Source: Candidatus Omnitrophota bacterium (GTDB taxonomy: Bacteria; Omnitrophota; Gorgyraeia; Gygaellales; Profunditerraquicolaceae). Taken from it: 64,000 bases of DNA. Positions 8,483 through 18,976 of this stretch are shown here, one piece after another. The translations under genes and the position numbers were made by a program. How positions within the stretch are numbered: position 1 is the first letter of the stretch; every line of letters starts with the position of its first letter. Under the pieces are notes generated by a model that was given only the letters and a program-made list of their open reading frames with translations, was not told where the DNA came from and searched no databases. The DNA lies in contig JAPLLR010000014.1 in assembly GCA_026387455.1 (NCBI GenBank), forward strand, positions 5,052-69,051, given 5' to 3'.

Positions 8483-9530
8483 GTAGCATCTTCCTTATTT
8501 TGCCGACAATCTCATCTTCCGACGGTATTCCGCCGCCTGCGCGACCGAAAAATTCTACCACAGCCTTGCCGTTTACCGCTAATCTCACATCTTCCAGCAT
8601 CTGGCCATAAGACATCTCAACTACCAGAAACTTTACTTTCTTTTTCGTAGCCTTAATAAATGCTTGTTCAGGAAACGGCCACAAAATCATAGGCCGAATC
8701 AACCCAACCTTCAGGCCTTCTTTACACAGCTTATTCATCGCAACCTTGGCAATCCGAGCCATGGTCCCATATGCCACCAGTATAATTTTAGCGTCGTTCA
8801 GATTTGAATCTTCATAGCGCTGTTCTTTTTTCTGAATAGCCGCATAATTACTTTGTAAGATATTATTAACTTCTTCTAAGGCTCCTTCTTTTAAAAGAAG
8901 TGATCTTATAATATTTGGCTCTCTGCCTGCGCATCCAGTCAATGCCCACGGTTTTTTAATTGAAGCTTTTCTGCTGACAGTAGAAATCTGCACAGGCTCC
9001 ATTACCTGGCCCAGCATCCCATCAACAAGAATAATTACCGGAGTGCGGTAAATATCGGCCAGATCAAACGCCTTAAACATCATATCATAAGCTTCCTGTA
9101 CTGTTGCCGGAGCTAAGACAATCGGATGATAATCTCCATGCCCGCCGCCCTTAGTCGCCTGAAAATAATCAGATTGGGAAGGCGCGATATTGCCTAATCC
9201 AGGCCCTCCGCGCATCACATTGACTATCACCGCCGGTAACCGGGATCCGGCTATATAAGAAATTCCCTCCTGCTTCAGGCTCATCCCCGGACTGGATGAT
9301 GAAGTCATGGCCCGCACTCCTGCTGCTGAGGCGCCAAAAACCATATTTATGGCAGCCAGCTCTGATTCCGCCTGAATAAACACTCCTCCTGCCTCTGGCA
9401 TGCGCCAAGACATATACGCAGGGATCTCGTTTTGCGGAGTAATGGGATATCCAGCATAGAAGCTACAGCCTGCCTGTATCGCGCCCTCGGCCATGGCCTC
9501 ATTACCGCTCATCAAACGTTTCATTTCCAC
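8475..9530 (-). CDS. 2-oxoacid:ferredoxin oxidoreductase, alpha subunit
   Basis: 351 aa with the N-terminal pyrimidine-binding domain typical of PorA/KorA. Start and stop overlap the neighbouring subunit genes. Confidence 0.8.
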   Translation of the reverse strand: MEMKRLMSGNEAMAEGAIQAGCSFYAGYPITPQNEIPAYMSWRMPEAGGVFIQAESELAAINMVFGASAAGVRAMTSSSSPGMSLKQEGISYIAGSRLPAVIVNVMRGGPGLGNIAPSQSDYFQATKGGGHGDYHPIVLAPATVQEAYDMMFKAFDLADIYRTPVIILVDGMLGQVMEPVQISTVSRKASIKKPWALTGCAGREPNIIRSLLLKEGALEEVNNILQSNYAAIQKKEQRYEDSNLNDAKIILVAYGTMARIAKVAMNKLCKEGLKVGLIRPMILWPFPEQAFIKATKKKVKFLVVEMSYGQMLEDVRLAVNGKAVVEFFGRAGGGIPSEDEIVGKIRKMLRG

Positions 9531-9724
9531 ACCTCAATACAACAGTCGGGACAGATTACCGCGCACATTGCGCATCCAATACAAACCCCGGTATCTTTAA
9601 AAACCACTGGCTTTACCCCACGCTTATTCAATTCACCATCCGCCATAATCATATTCTTAGAGCAAACACTCACGCACAACAAACACCCCTTGCATTTTTC
9701 TCTGTCTATCTTTATTTTAGGCAT
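9521..9724 (-). CDS. 2x[4Fe-4S] ferredoxin (delta subunit of the oxidoreductase)
   Basis: 67 aa with two CxxCxxCxxxCP motifs. Confidence 0.8.
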   Translation of the reverse strand: MPKIKIDREKCKGCLLCVSVCSKNMIMADGELNKRGVKPVVFKDTGVCIGCAMCAVICPDCCIEVWK

Positions 9725-11586
9725 GATTTAATTTTATCGGCTATACCTTGCGCGTTCAAGCCATATTTTTCAAGCAATAGATCCCGCTTGCCGTGCGGGA
9801 TAAATTCATCCGGCAGCCCTATTCTGACTACAGAGACACCTACCACCTCGTTCACCGCGCTCCCGAACCCTCCGTAGATAATCCCTTCTTCTATAGTGAA
9901 TATCTTCTTAGTCTTTAGGCTTATGCTTTTAAATAAATCCACATCCAGTGGCTTAGCAAAACGGGCATTAACCAGGGTTCCTGACAAACCCTCCTTAGCT
10001 AACAACTCCAGTGCATCCAATGAAGGCTCAACCATGGAACCTAAAGCAATAACCGCGAAATCTTTTCCTTCCCGCAAAACCTCTGACTTTCCCAACTCAA
10101 TGCTTTTTGCGGATGGCGCTGTAACATTATGGATTGTTGACCTAGGATAGCGGATGACTACCGGCTTATCCAGCTCCATGGCAAATTCAAGCATGCCCTC
10201 TAATTCCACGCCATCCTTTGGCGCCATCACAACTAAGTTTGGAATATTGCGCAGATACGTCAAATCAAAAATCCCCTGATGAGTGGCCCCGTCTTCTCCG
10301 ACGATTCCCGCGCGGTCAACAACAAACACCACTCCCGTATTCTGCAAAGCCACATCTTCAATTATCTGATCATACGCCCTCTGCAAAAACGTGGAATACA
10401 CCGCGATCACCGGCTTCAATCCTGCCCGAGCCAGACCCGAAGCAAAACACACCGCGTGCGCTTCGGCAATTCCCACATCAAAAAATCTCTGCGGATACGC
10501 ATCGCGAAACTTATCCAACCCCGTGCCTTCGGGCATAGCTGCGGTAATAGCTATAATTTTCTTGTTCTCTTTGGCCAGACTTACCAATTTATCCCCAAAA
10601 ACATCGGTATAGGACCTGCCTGCAGGGGTGCCTGTAGGCACACTAGCAGATTTTACTGCGGAAACAGGCCGGCCGGAACCTACCTCAAATGGCCCGGTAC
10701 CGTGGAATCTCACCGGATCATTTTCAGACGGAGAATACCCCTTACCTTTTTTGGTGATCACATGCAAAAGCCTTGGGCCCTTTATATACAGGATATTCTT
10801 AATCGCCGGGATCAGTGTATGCAAATCATGGCCATCAAGGGGCCCGAAATAACGAAAACCCATTTCTTCAAAAAGCATCCCCGGCACAAACAAACCCTTA
10901 AGCCCCTCCTCAAACCTATTCACCAGCTTAAGAATGCGGCTCTCGCTAGGCACGCGTGAACGGACAAAACTTTCCAGCTGGTCCTTAAAACGATTATATA
11001 TAGGTAGCGAGATAATCTTATTTAAATAAGTGCTAATAGCGCCTACGTTAGGAGCAATGCTTAATTCATTGGTGTTTAATACTACCAGTATATCTTTTTT
11101 CAAGTGGCCGGCGTTGTTCAACCCTTCAAAACACAGACCCCCGCTTAATGAACCATCCCCTATTACCGCTACGACTTTATAGTGCTCCTGGGTAAAATCC
11201 CGAGCCGCTGCCAGACCTAAAGCCAAAGAAACCGCGCTTGAAGAATGCCCGGTAGTAAAAGAGTCATAAACAGACTCGTCTTTCGAAGGAAAACCGCTTA
11301 TCCCATTAAACTGGCGCAAGGTCTCAAAAGCCGTGTTTCTTCCGGTTAATAATTTATGCGCATAGGCCTGATGCCCGACGTCAAAGATTATTTTATCCGC
11401 CGGCATATCCAGGCAATAGTGCAAGGCAATGATCAACTCCACCGCGCCCAAAGAAGAAGCCAGATGCCCTCCAGTCCTAGAAACTACATCCACCATGCGC
11501 TCCCTGACTTCAATAGCCAGCTGCAGCAGCTGCTCAAGCGGCACCTTATGCAGATCTTGCGGATTATAAATATTTTCTAACAGCAT
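9712..11586 (-). CDS. dxs: 1-deoxy-D-xylulose-5-phosphate synthase
   Basis: 624 aa. It has the transketolase-like TPP motifs (GDGSLSGG) and the typical DXS N-terminus. Confidence 0.9.
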   Translation of the reverse strand: MLLENIYNPQDLHKVPLEQLLQLAIEVRERMVDVVSRTGGHLASSLGAVELIIALHYCLDMPADKIIFDVGHQAYAHKLLTGRNTAFETLRQFNGISGFPSKDESVYDSFTTGHSSSAVSLALGLAAARDFTQEHYKVVAVIGDGSLSGGLCFEGLNNAGHLKKDILVVLNTNELSIAPNVGAISTYLNKIISLPIYNRFKDQLESFVRSRVPSESRILKLVNRFEEGLKGLFVPGMLFEEMGFRYFGPLDGHDLHTLIPAIKNILYIKGPRLLHVITKKGKGYSPSENDPVRFHGTGPFEVGSGRPVSAVKSASVPTGTPAGRSYTDVFGDKLVSLAKENKKIIAITAAMPEGTGLDKFRDAYPQRFFDVGIAEAHAVCFASGLARAGLKPVIAVYSTFLQRAYDQIIEDVALQNTGVVFVVDRAGIVGEDGATHQGIFDLTYLRNIPNLVVMAPKDGVELEGMLEFAMELDKPVVIRYPRSTIHNVTAPSAKSIELGKSEVLREGKDFAVIALGSMVEPSLDALELLAKEGLSGTLVNARFAKPLDVDLFKSISLKTKKIFTIEEGIIYGGFGSAVNEVVGVSVVRIGLPDEFIPHGKRDLLLEKYGLNAQGIADKIKSCLK

Positions 11587-11822
11587 TAGTCCTCTGTCTT
11601 TACCTCATCAAATGATTTCACCTCAAACTCGCCCTTTTTATTCTTTACCAGGGTATCGATTTTCTTCTTAGCGTTCTCAAGCCTTACACTACACATTCGA
11701 GAAAGCTCGATACCTTCCTGATATTTTTTCAACGCTTCATCCAGCGATAATTCGCCTTTTTCCAGGTCCTCAACGATCTTTTCCAGCTTTTTCAACGCTT
11801 CTTCAAATTTAACTTCCGCCAT
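11586..11822 (-). CDS. xseB: exodeoxyribonuclease VII small subunit
   Basis: A 78-aa helical protein immediately downstream of xseA. It has an XseB-like N-terminus (FEEALKKLEKIVEDLEKGELSLDEAL). Confidence 0.8.
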   Translation of the reverse strand: MAEVKFEEALKKLEKIVEDLEKGELSLDEALKKYQEGIELSRMCSVRLENAKKKIDTLVKNKKGEFEVKSFDEVKTED

Positions 11823-13155
11823 TTTTCATAACCTCCTTAACCGTGCTTGTAACTTCCCCCTTATGTAATCTGGTCCTAATACTATCCCCTGCTTTTAACC
11901 CAGACGCATCTTTAATTACTGCATTGTCTGAAAGCTTAAAAGTAATGCTGTATCCGCGGCCCAGAATATTCAAAGGACTTAAGGAAGAAAGTTTTTCCAC
12001 CGCAGTAGAAAACTGCGCCTGCCTTAATTCCAGAAAATGCCCGGCTCGCACATATATCTGCCGGGCCAGATCCAGAAGCTTTAACTGATAATCTTCAATT
12101 TGTGCCGCGGGATTAAGAAGGGTAAGCTTGTGCCTAAAAGTATCCAGCTTTCCAAAGCTTCGCTCGAAAATACGCTCCGCCCCGCTTTTAAGATGATGCA
12201 AAAGATTCTCTAGCTCCTCCTGAAAATTACGGGCGATATCGGAAAAAGCGCCCTGTAACATCTCAAACAGACTTTCTATCTTATCTGAAAGATCCTCTTT
12301 TCTTGGGATGACCAGCTCTGCGGCAACAGACGGAGTAGCAGCGCGCACGTCTGCCACCAGGTCTGAGATAGTCCAATCCCGCTCATGCCCTACCGCCGAA
12401 ATTATCGGGATATTTGAATTATATATAGCCCGGGCAACTATCTCTTCATTGAAAGCCCACAGATCCTCAATGCTGCCTCCGCCACGGCCGACGATCATCA
12501 CCTCGATACGATCATTTTTGGCCAACGTCTCATTGTAGGCGTTTAGATCCTGAATCCCCTGCGCAATATCCTTTCCTGCCGCCTCTCCCTGCACCTGAGC
12601 GGACCGGATGACTACTGCCAGGCCGCTAAAACGCCTGTCCAAGACCTTAAGGATATCTTTGATCGCCGCCCCTGACTCAGAGGTGACTATACCAATCTTG
12701 CCGGGCAAATACGGCAGCTGACGCTTATGTTCCGGGGAAAACAATCCTTCAATTTCTAGCTTCACCTTGAGCTGTTCAAGGGCCAACTGCAGACTACCGA
12801 TACCTTTAGGCTCGATTTTCTCAATAATAATCTGGTATTGCCCGTAAGGGCCATAGACGCTAATCTTGCCGAAACAGACCACCTTGAGCCCATTCTCCAG
12901 CTTAAACTTCACATCTTTATTGGCGCGGGCAAACATTACCGCACTTATTACCGCGGAGTCGTCTTTAAGGCTGAAATAAAAATGCCCAGAGGCATGGCTC
13001 TTAAAGTTGGAGACCTCCCCTTCCACCCAAATATCCGAGAATGAACTTTCCAGGATAAGCTTTATATCCTGGGTGATCTGAGAAACAGTAAGGATATGCC
13101 GCTCTCTTTTTATATCGAATGCCGAAGCAAAAAGATCCTGGTCTTCTTTTGACAT
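11809..13155 (-). CDS. xseA: exodeoxyribonuclease VII large subunit
   Basis: 448 aa with an OB-fold N-terminus and a conserved catalytic core (VGRGGGS). It overlaps xseB. Confidence 0.85.
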   Translation of the reverse strand: MSKEDQDLFASAFDIKRERHILTVSQITQDIKLILESSFSDIWVEGEVSNFKSHASGHFYFSLKDDSAVISAVMFARANKDVKFKLENGLKVVCFGKISVYGPYGQYQIIIEKIEPKGIGSLQLALEQLKVKLEIEGLFSPEHKRQLPYLPGKIGIVTSESGAAIKDILKVLDRRFSGLAVVIRSAQVQGEAAGKDIAQGIQDLNAYNETLAKNDRIEVMIVGRGGGSIEDLWAFNEEIVARAIYNSNIPIISAVGHERDWTISDLVADVRAATPSVAAELVIPRKEDLSDKIESLFEMLQGAFSDIARNFQEELENLLHHLKSGAERIFERSFGKLDTFRHKLTLLNPAAQIEDYQLKLLDLARQIYVRAGHFLELRQAQFSTAVEKLSSLSPLNILGRGYSITFKLSDNAVIKDASGLKAGDSIRTRLHKGEVTSTVKEVMKNGGS

Positions 13156-14859
13156 TTAAGGATTGTTGTTTTTCTTCTTCAATAATACAAGATGCACCGA
13201 ATAAGGGGTTAGCTCCAAGTTCTCCTCAAAAACGCCTGAAGCAATAAAAGCATCCTTTTCTTCCTGCGGCTTAAACTCTAAAACCGCATTAGAAGAAGCA
13301 TCAATAGTATAACGCGCGTAAAGATATTCTTCCTTGAGATTCTTTAAAGACAGCTTTATTATCCGGCTAGTTTCAAGATATTTTTTAGCCTTATCATTGA
13401 CCTCCACCACGCTACTCAAAAGCGCGCGCAACTTCTTATTCACTCCCAGGCTGGACACCGGTATTTCATGGCTCAGTATCTTTTTCATGCGGCCCGAGCG
13501 GATAAAATTTAAGAGGATCTTCCGGCCCGTAGAATTAAGGCTACAGATATTGCGAGCAAGATAATTATCCACCGAGTCGGGATCAATATAATTATAGATT
13601 ATAATCGCATAGCCATCATCTGTCCCGGTGGCAATAGCTCCGGCAAACTCATCCTCAAGCTTTACCGGATACTTGGTCTTACCGAGCGAAGAAAGCATTT
13701 TAAATACATTGTAAATATTTTTGGGGCTTCCTTTATATTCACTATAGTCCGAATCAAAAGAAAATACACCCACATTGCGCACCACGCCTTCTTTGTTCCC
13801 CTGAAAATCCTCTAAGCAGAAATACAACTGATAATCAATACCTGCCTCGTACATATTTCTTATGTGGCTGGGAATAAAACTCGCGGTGATGTATGATTTC
13901 CCGTCGCGCTCCGGAAGCATATTAGAGCTGCGATCATAATTCCACTCGTCCACTATCAGAGGAATTCTGTTATCCTGGCGAAAATATGTAAGCCAGTTAC
14001 GGATAAGGCTGGATGCGGTCTTACCGTAAATAGTTGTGGCTTTTTCCGTACGGGGGTCGCTGGAATAACTGTGCCAACTGATAAAATCTAGCGGCATACG
14101 ATAATGATACGCCCAGCGGATAAGCTCATAGATCAGGCTGTTTTCAGGAGTAATAATGGTATTTCCTTCGGTGTTCTGAAACCACCAGCTGACACTTGGC
14201 CCCCCTAAGGGGATCTGCATCTTATACTCCCGCTCCAGATCCTTAACCGCTTCACCAGCAAAACGATAGACATTCAGATACTCCTGCCACTTGCCGATAA
14301 AAAAATCATCGGAATCCGGAGAATTCCAAATTTCATACCAGACATTATATTTATTCTTGCAGCTTAAATTCCTAATGATCTCTTTGATCTTGGCCTTATA
14401 CTGGCGCAGGTCGCGCGGGGGACTGCGAATATCTAGGACCCGTCCGGTCCCGACAGAAGTGCCAAACAGGTTCACGATCACAATGCCTCCGGCATCGCTA
14501 ACAGTCTTAATGATCTGCTCGTAATTATTAATGAGCTTATTCTGCAGATCTTTATTTTTAGAGAGCTGAGAGATCTCCCAGAGATTATATTGCAGTCGAT
14601 AGATTCCGCCGAAGCCGATTTCTTTTTGCCAGGACTCCAAAACGCGCCTATCCGCTATAGTTTGCGGCCAGACCATCTCCCGGTTAAACCCGCGGCCGCT
14701 CAAATCCACATTAGGCCTGAATACGTTCGGTAAGGGAATAGTCTCTGCCGCGGTATCTATAGCTAGTTCCAAATCCGCATTCTCGGCATAGGAATTAAAC
14801 GCAAACCCTAAAATACAAAACCCTAAATAAAAACTAATAAATATCGCGGCTTTTCTCAT
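13156..14859 (-). CDS. secreted GH39-like glycoside-hydrolase-fold protein. The acid/base Glu is replaced by Ser.
   Basis: It has a signal peptide. The WYEIWNSPD segment stands where W-E-x-W-N-E-P is expected. The IVDEWNY segment sits at the nucleophile position. Confidence 0.5.
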   Translation of the reverse strand: MRKAAIFISFYLGFCILGFAFNSYAENADLELAIDTAAETIPLPNVFRPNVDLSGRGFNREMVWPQTIADRRVLESWQKEIGFGGIYRLQYNLWEISQLSKNKDLQNKLINNYEQIIKTVSDAGGIVIVNLFGTSVGTGRVLDIRSPPRDLRQYKAKIKEIIRNLSCKNKYNVWYEIWNSPDSDDFFIGKWQEYLNVYRFAGEAVKDLEREYKMQIPLGGPSVSWWFQNTEGNTIITPENSLIYELIRWAYHYRMPLDFISWHSYSSDPRTEKATTIYGKTASSLIRNWLTYFRQDNRIPLIVDEWNYDRSSNMLPERDGKSYITASFIPSHIRNMYEAGIDYQLYFCLEDFQGNKEGVVRNVGVFSFDSDYSEYKGSPKNIYNVFKMLSSLGKTKYPVKLEDEFAGAIATGTDDGYAIIIYNYIDPDSVDNYLARNICSLNSTGRKILLNFIRSGRMKKILSHEIPVSSLGVNKKLRALLSSVVEVNDKAKKYLETSRIIKLSLKNLKEEYLYARYTIDASSNAVLEFKPQEEKDAFIASGVFEENLELTPYSVHLVLLKKKNNNP

Positions 14860-15638
14860 TTTACTTTTCTCTGCACCCTGACTATTGACCTGGCCCTGCC
14901 TGTCGACTCATCCACATCCACCACAGCCCCAGCCAGCTGCACATTCTCCTCAGCCACTTCGAACTTTACCGGAACACAACTTAAAAACCTCTCCAGTACA
15001 TCTTCCACCCGCCTGCCGATGACCGAATCATAGGGCCCGGTCATCCCGGCGTCAGTCAGATACGCTGTCCCATCGGGAAGGATGCGCTCATCCGCGGTCT
15101 GAATATGCGTGTGCGTCCCCAAAACCGCCGAGGCCTTGCCATCCATATACCAGCCCAGCGCTACTTTTTCGCTAGTCGCCTCAGCGTGGATATCCACAAT
15201 AATCACTTTCGTCTCTTGGGATAGCTCCTGCCAGGCAGCCAGCGTGGTGCGAAACGGACACTCCAGCGCCTGCATAAAAACCCGACCGTTGACATTAATT
15301 ACTCCGACTTTGGCCCCGGACTTGGTCTTATATACGTTTGCCCCGCGGCCGGCGGCACCCGCGGGAAAATTCCCCGGACGTAAAATCCGCTCCTCGGCAT
15401 TGATCAGCTCAAAAATATCCTTCTTCTTCCAGATATGATCTCCGGAGGTCAACACATCGCAACCGGAGACAAAAAGCTCTTCGGCCACCTTCGAGGTTAT
15501 ACCTGAACCACCGGCAGCGTTTTCCGCATTGGCGATGACAAAATCCAAAGCGAATTCCTTCTTTAGTTCCGGAAGGAGATTCCTAACTGCGTCCCTGCCG
15601 GGTGAGCCCACTATGTCACCGATAAATAATATTTTCAT
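14856..15638 (-). CDS. ymdB: YmdB-family metallophosphoesterase (2',3'-cAMP phosphodiesterase-like)
   Basis: The N-terminus is [11 protein letters not shown] and GDH/GNHE-type metal ligands are present. It lies adjacent to rny, as in Firmicutes. Confidence 0.8.
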   Translation of the reverse strand: MKILFIGDIVGSPGRDAVRNLLPELKKEFALDFVIANAENAAGGSGITSKVAEELFVSGCDVLTSGDHIWKKKDIFELINAEERILRPGNFPAGAAGRGANVYKTKSGAKVGVINVNGRVFMQALECPFRTTLAAWQELSQETKVIIVDIHAEATSEKVALGWYMDGKASAVLGTHTHIQTADERILPDGTAYLTDAGMTGPYDSVIGRRVEDVLERFLSCVPVKFEVAEENVQLAGAVVDVDESTGRARSIVRVQRKVK

Positions 15639-17192
15639 TATTTCGCGTACTCTATGGCACGTATTTCTCTGACGACCGTAACCTTGATTGTTCCGGGGTA
15701 TTCCATGCCTTCTTCGATCTTTTTACGGATATCCCGCGCCATGTTGATAGCCTCGGCGTCATTGATCTTTTCCGGTTGTACAATTACCCGTATTTCGCGC
15801 CCTGCCTGTATAGCAAAAGATTTCTCGACACCCTTAAAAAGATTGGCGATAGACTCAAGTTTCTCCAAACGCTTGATGTAGGTTTCCAGGGTTTCGCGCC
15901 GGGCGCCCGGTCGGGCGGCACTGATAGCATCAGCAGCGATAGCCAGCACCGCGTACATGGTCGTCGGCTGGGCCTCTTCGTGATGCGCCTCTATGGCTGA
16001 GACCACATCCGGGGACTCATTATATTTCCTGGCCAGATCCGCTCCTAACTTCGCGTGGGTGCCTTCGATCTGATGATCCACAGCTTTGCCTATATCATGC
16101 AATAGGCCGATCCTGCGCGCAAGCTTAAAATCAAGTTTCAGCTCCGAAGCCATCACCCCTAAAAGAAAAGCAACTTCCTTGGAGTGCTGCAGGGCGTTCT
16201 GTCCAAAACTGGTGCGGTATTTTAGGCGCCCGAGCAGTTTAATAATCTCCGGGTGCAGGCCGTTTATCCCAATCTCGAATGCCACGCGCTCCCCTTCTTC
16301 GCGAATCTTGTCATCCATTTCTTTCTTGGTCTTCTCAACTATCTCCTCGATCCTTCCGGGGTGAATACGTCCGTCTGAAATAAGTTTCTCTAAGGAAAGG
16401 CGCGCGATCTCGCGGCGCACCGTATCAAACGCCGACAAAGTAACTGCCCCGGGAGTATCGTCAATTATCACGTCCACGCCTGTGGCCATTTCCAGGGCAC
16501 GAATATTGCGGCCTTCACGGCCGATAACCCGGCCTTTCATCTCATCATTAGGAAGAGTAACTACACTTACCGTTGACTCTACCGCATGTTCCGCGGCACA
16601 GCGTTGTATTGCCAGGCTCACCACTTCCTGCGCCTTCTTGTCAGAAATACTGCGCAGCTCTTCTTCCTGCCTCTTAATAAATACCGCCTTCTCGTTATTC
16701 AACTCTTCATTCAAGCGGCTAAGTAAAATCTGCTTAGCCTCTTCCGCGGATAAAGAAGAAATTTTTTGCAATCTTTCTTTCTCCTCAGCGACCAAAGCCT
16801 GCAGCTGCCCCTCCTTTACCTTTAGGCCTTCCTCGGCTTTGCGCAGAAAATCATTTTTCCCCTCAATATCTCTTTCCTTCTTCTCTAAAAGGTCCAGACG
16901 ACGGTCAATATTCTCTTCTTTCTGGGACAACCGCTTCTCCAGATTCGACAGCTCAAAGCGCCTATCTTTGGTCTCGCGCTCAAAATCCTGGCGCATGCGG
17001 TGCAAAAGGTCCTTTGCCTCAAGTTCAGCTTCCCGACGCTTATCTAGAGCGTCTTTTTTCGCCTGCTCCATGATATGCTGAGCTTGGGCTTCGGCAGCCT
17101 GAATCTTTTTCTCCGCAATGGTCTTGCGCAAAACATAACCTGCTCCCGCGGAAAGCAGAGCAATGCCTATACATACAATTATGGTAATCATG
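15638..17192 (-). CDS. rny: ribonuclease Y
   Basis: An N-terminal TM helix and coiled coil are followed by KH and HD domains (HDIGK). The start is moved to the ATG at 17192, which is preceded by AAGGAGG. Confidence 0.9.
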
Positions 17193-17265
17193 TTTACTAG
17201 CCTCCTTGAGCACAAGCTCAACCCCAATTTATCCTATTAAATTGGGGGTTTCCGAAATTAATTAT

Positions 17266-17841
17266 TTACGCAGAAATGACGTGAGTGACACTTACATCGT
17301 GGGAAGCAGTGGGAACAAAGGGTAAGATTTGAAAATCATACGCCAGGCCGATAGAAGGAGTATCCTTGAAGAGTTTGCCCAAGAAACGGTCATAATAACC
17401 CTTGCCGCGGCCGAGACGGTTGCCTTTTTTGTCAAAGGCCAGGCCCGGTACGATGATCAGGTCCAATTCCCTGAGCCGCACAGGCCTCTTTACCGCCGGT
17501 TCAACCACGCCATAGGGACCTTTACGCATCACCCCGTGGCCATCTAATATACATGGCTTGATGGATATTCTATCGCTTATGCAAACTGGCACAGCCACTA
17601 TCTTACCTAATTGTTTTGCCGCTTTTATCATCTGATCTGTATTTACTTCCCCACGAAGCGCGATGTAAAACATCACTATCTTCGCCTTTTTAAACTCGAT
17701 TGTTTTTAAAAGTTTGGAACCGATAGCCTTGATTTTTTGAGACCTGTCTTCCTCCTTCTGTCTTTTCAACCTTAAAAGGATTTTACTACGTAATAGCTTT
17801 TTTGTCAACGCGACTTCCTTAATGTCCATGCCCGTGTTCAT
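17266..17841 (-). CDS. 5-formyltetrahydrofolate cyclo-ligase
   Basis: The 191-aa family signature is present (GLAFDKKGNRLGRGKGYYDRFL). Confidence 0.8.
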   Translation of the reverse strand: MNTGMDIKEVALTKKLLRSKILLRLKRQKEEDRSQKIKAIGSKLLKTIEFKKAKIVMFYIALRGEVNTDQMIKAAKQLGKIVAVPVCISDRISIKPCILDGHGVMRKGPYGVVEPAVKRPVRLRELDLIIVPGLAFDKKGNRLGRGKGYYDRFLGKLFKDTPSIGLAYDFQILPFVPTASHDVSVTHVISA

Positions 17842-18259
17842 CGTGTCCGCGCTTCTTTACTTCGAAAGGCACGGGAATTCCAAGTTTCTCGTAATAGTTC
17901 TGCAGAGCCGAACGCAAGGCCTCTTCAGCTAAAACCGAGCAGTGCATCTTCACTGCCGGCAGGCCCCCCAAGGCCTCAGCCACTGCTTTATTAGAGATCT
18001 GCAGCGCTTCACTAATGGTCTTGCCCTTAACCATCTCAGTAACCATGGAGCTGGTAGCAATAGCCGCTCCGCAGCCAAAAGTTTTAAACTTAACCTCTAC
18101 AATCACATCGTTTTCTATCCTTAAAAACATCTTCATTACATCCCCGCAGATAGGATTTCCCACAGTACCCACGCCGCTTGCATCCGGAATATCCCCGACA
18201 TTACGCGGGTTAGTAAAGTGGTCCATTACTTTATCTGAATACGGATGCTGGTCTGCCAT
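17819..18259 (-). CDS. iscU: Fe-S cluster assembly scaffold of the IscU/NifU type
   Basis: 146 aa with GCGAAIATSSM and three conserved Cys residues. The C-terminus is His-rich. Confidence 0.85.
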   Translation of the reverse strand: MADQHPYSDKVMDHFTNPRNVGDIPDASGVGTVGNPICGDVMKMFLRIENDVIVEVKFKTFGCGAAIATSSMVTEMVKGKTISEALQISNKAVAEALGGLPAVKMHCSVLAEEALRSALQNYYEKLGIPVPFEVKKRGHDEHGHGH

Positions 18260-18260
18260 T

Positions 18261-18914
18261 TTAAATATTAACCATCAATTTGTGCGGCCGGGTTTGCTTC
18301 TTAAAATCCCGCGGTTTTCGGATCTCTAACAAATCCCCTAGTTTCTTTTTCTTCTCCAGCTCTTTATAAATCAATACCCAGACGCAGTCCTTGTCTTTAT
18401 CTACCTCGCATTTACCCTTATCCACTCCCCCGCACGGGCCATTCATCAGGCCCTTGGGACATAGGGTAACCGGGCAGATCCCCGCAGTTTTATCCAAGAC
18501 ACAATCCCCACATAAAGAACATTTCTCAAGAAAATTGCCCTGCGCATCCATCACCGCGGGAAAAATAGAATTAAGCGCCGGCAGCACCGCAAGTCCCAGC
18601 CGGTCATTATCTTTTACCGACTGTACGCCCAGACCACAGGCTAAAACCAGGAATACCTCAGCCTCGCGCAAGGACTTCATGTTCTTGGCAAATTCAGCCT
18701 TAACCTGGCTGGCTACGCAAGGGGCAGAAGGCATGCACATGCCTACGATCCTTTTGTCGGCTGCTTCCAGCATCTCTTTCGCCTTAGCCAGCTCCGGCTC
18801 ACCGCCGGTCTTACAAGTAGCTGCGCACTCGCCGCAGCCTACCAGAAAAATCCTGGTATAGCCCTTTAAGCTATCTATAATCTGGACAAAGGGTTTAGTT
18901 TCTGAAATGATCAT
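18261..18914 (-). CDS. Cys-rich protein resembling the methylenetetrahydrofolate reductase C-terminal domain (MetV-like)
   Basis: It contains the motif CPKGLMNGPCGG and CxxC clusters. The assignment comes from motif memory only. Confidence 0.5.
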   Translation of the reverse strand: MIISETKPFVQIIDSLKGYTRIFLVGCGECAATCKTGGEPELAKAKEMLEAADKRIVGMCMPSAPCVASQVKAEFAKNMKSLREAEVFLVLACGLGVQSVKDNDRLGLAVLPALNSIFPAVMDAQGNFLEKCSLCGDCVLDKTAGICPVTLCPKGLMNGPCGGVDKGKCEVDKDKDCVWVLIYKELEKKKKLGDLLEIRKPRDFKKQTRPHKLMVNI

Positions 18915-18976
18915 GGTTTTCTCCCCAAACCCTCAAATTTTAGCACGAATCGAGGAGTGGGGCAAGAGAAAATACC

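Noticed and set aside
16482-17081. A 199-aa plus-strand ORF, and many other ORFs of 60-230 aa on the strand opposite to long genes. Examples are 10279..10959 inside dxs, 32433..33035 inside trkA, 22046..23253 inside the EF-G gene, and 62668..63507 inside pyrB and pyrC.
   Set aside because: These are shadow ORFs antisense to well-supported conserved genes. They have low-complexity S/R/P-rich translations and no RBS or motifs.
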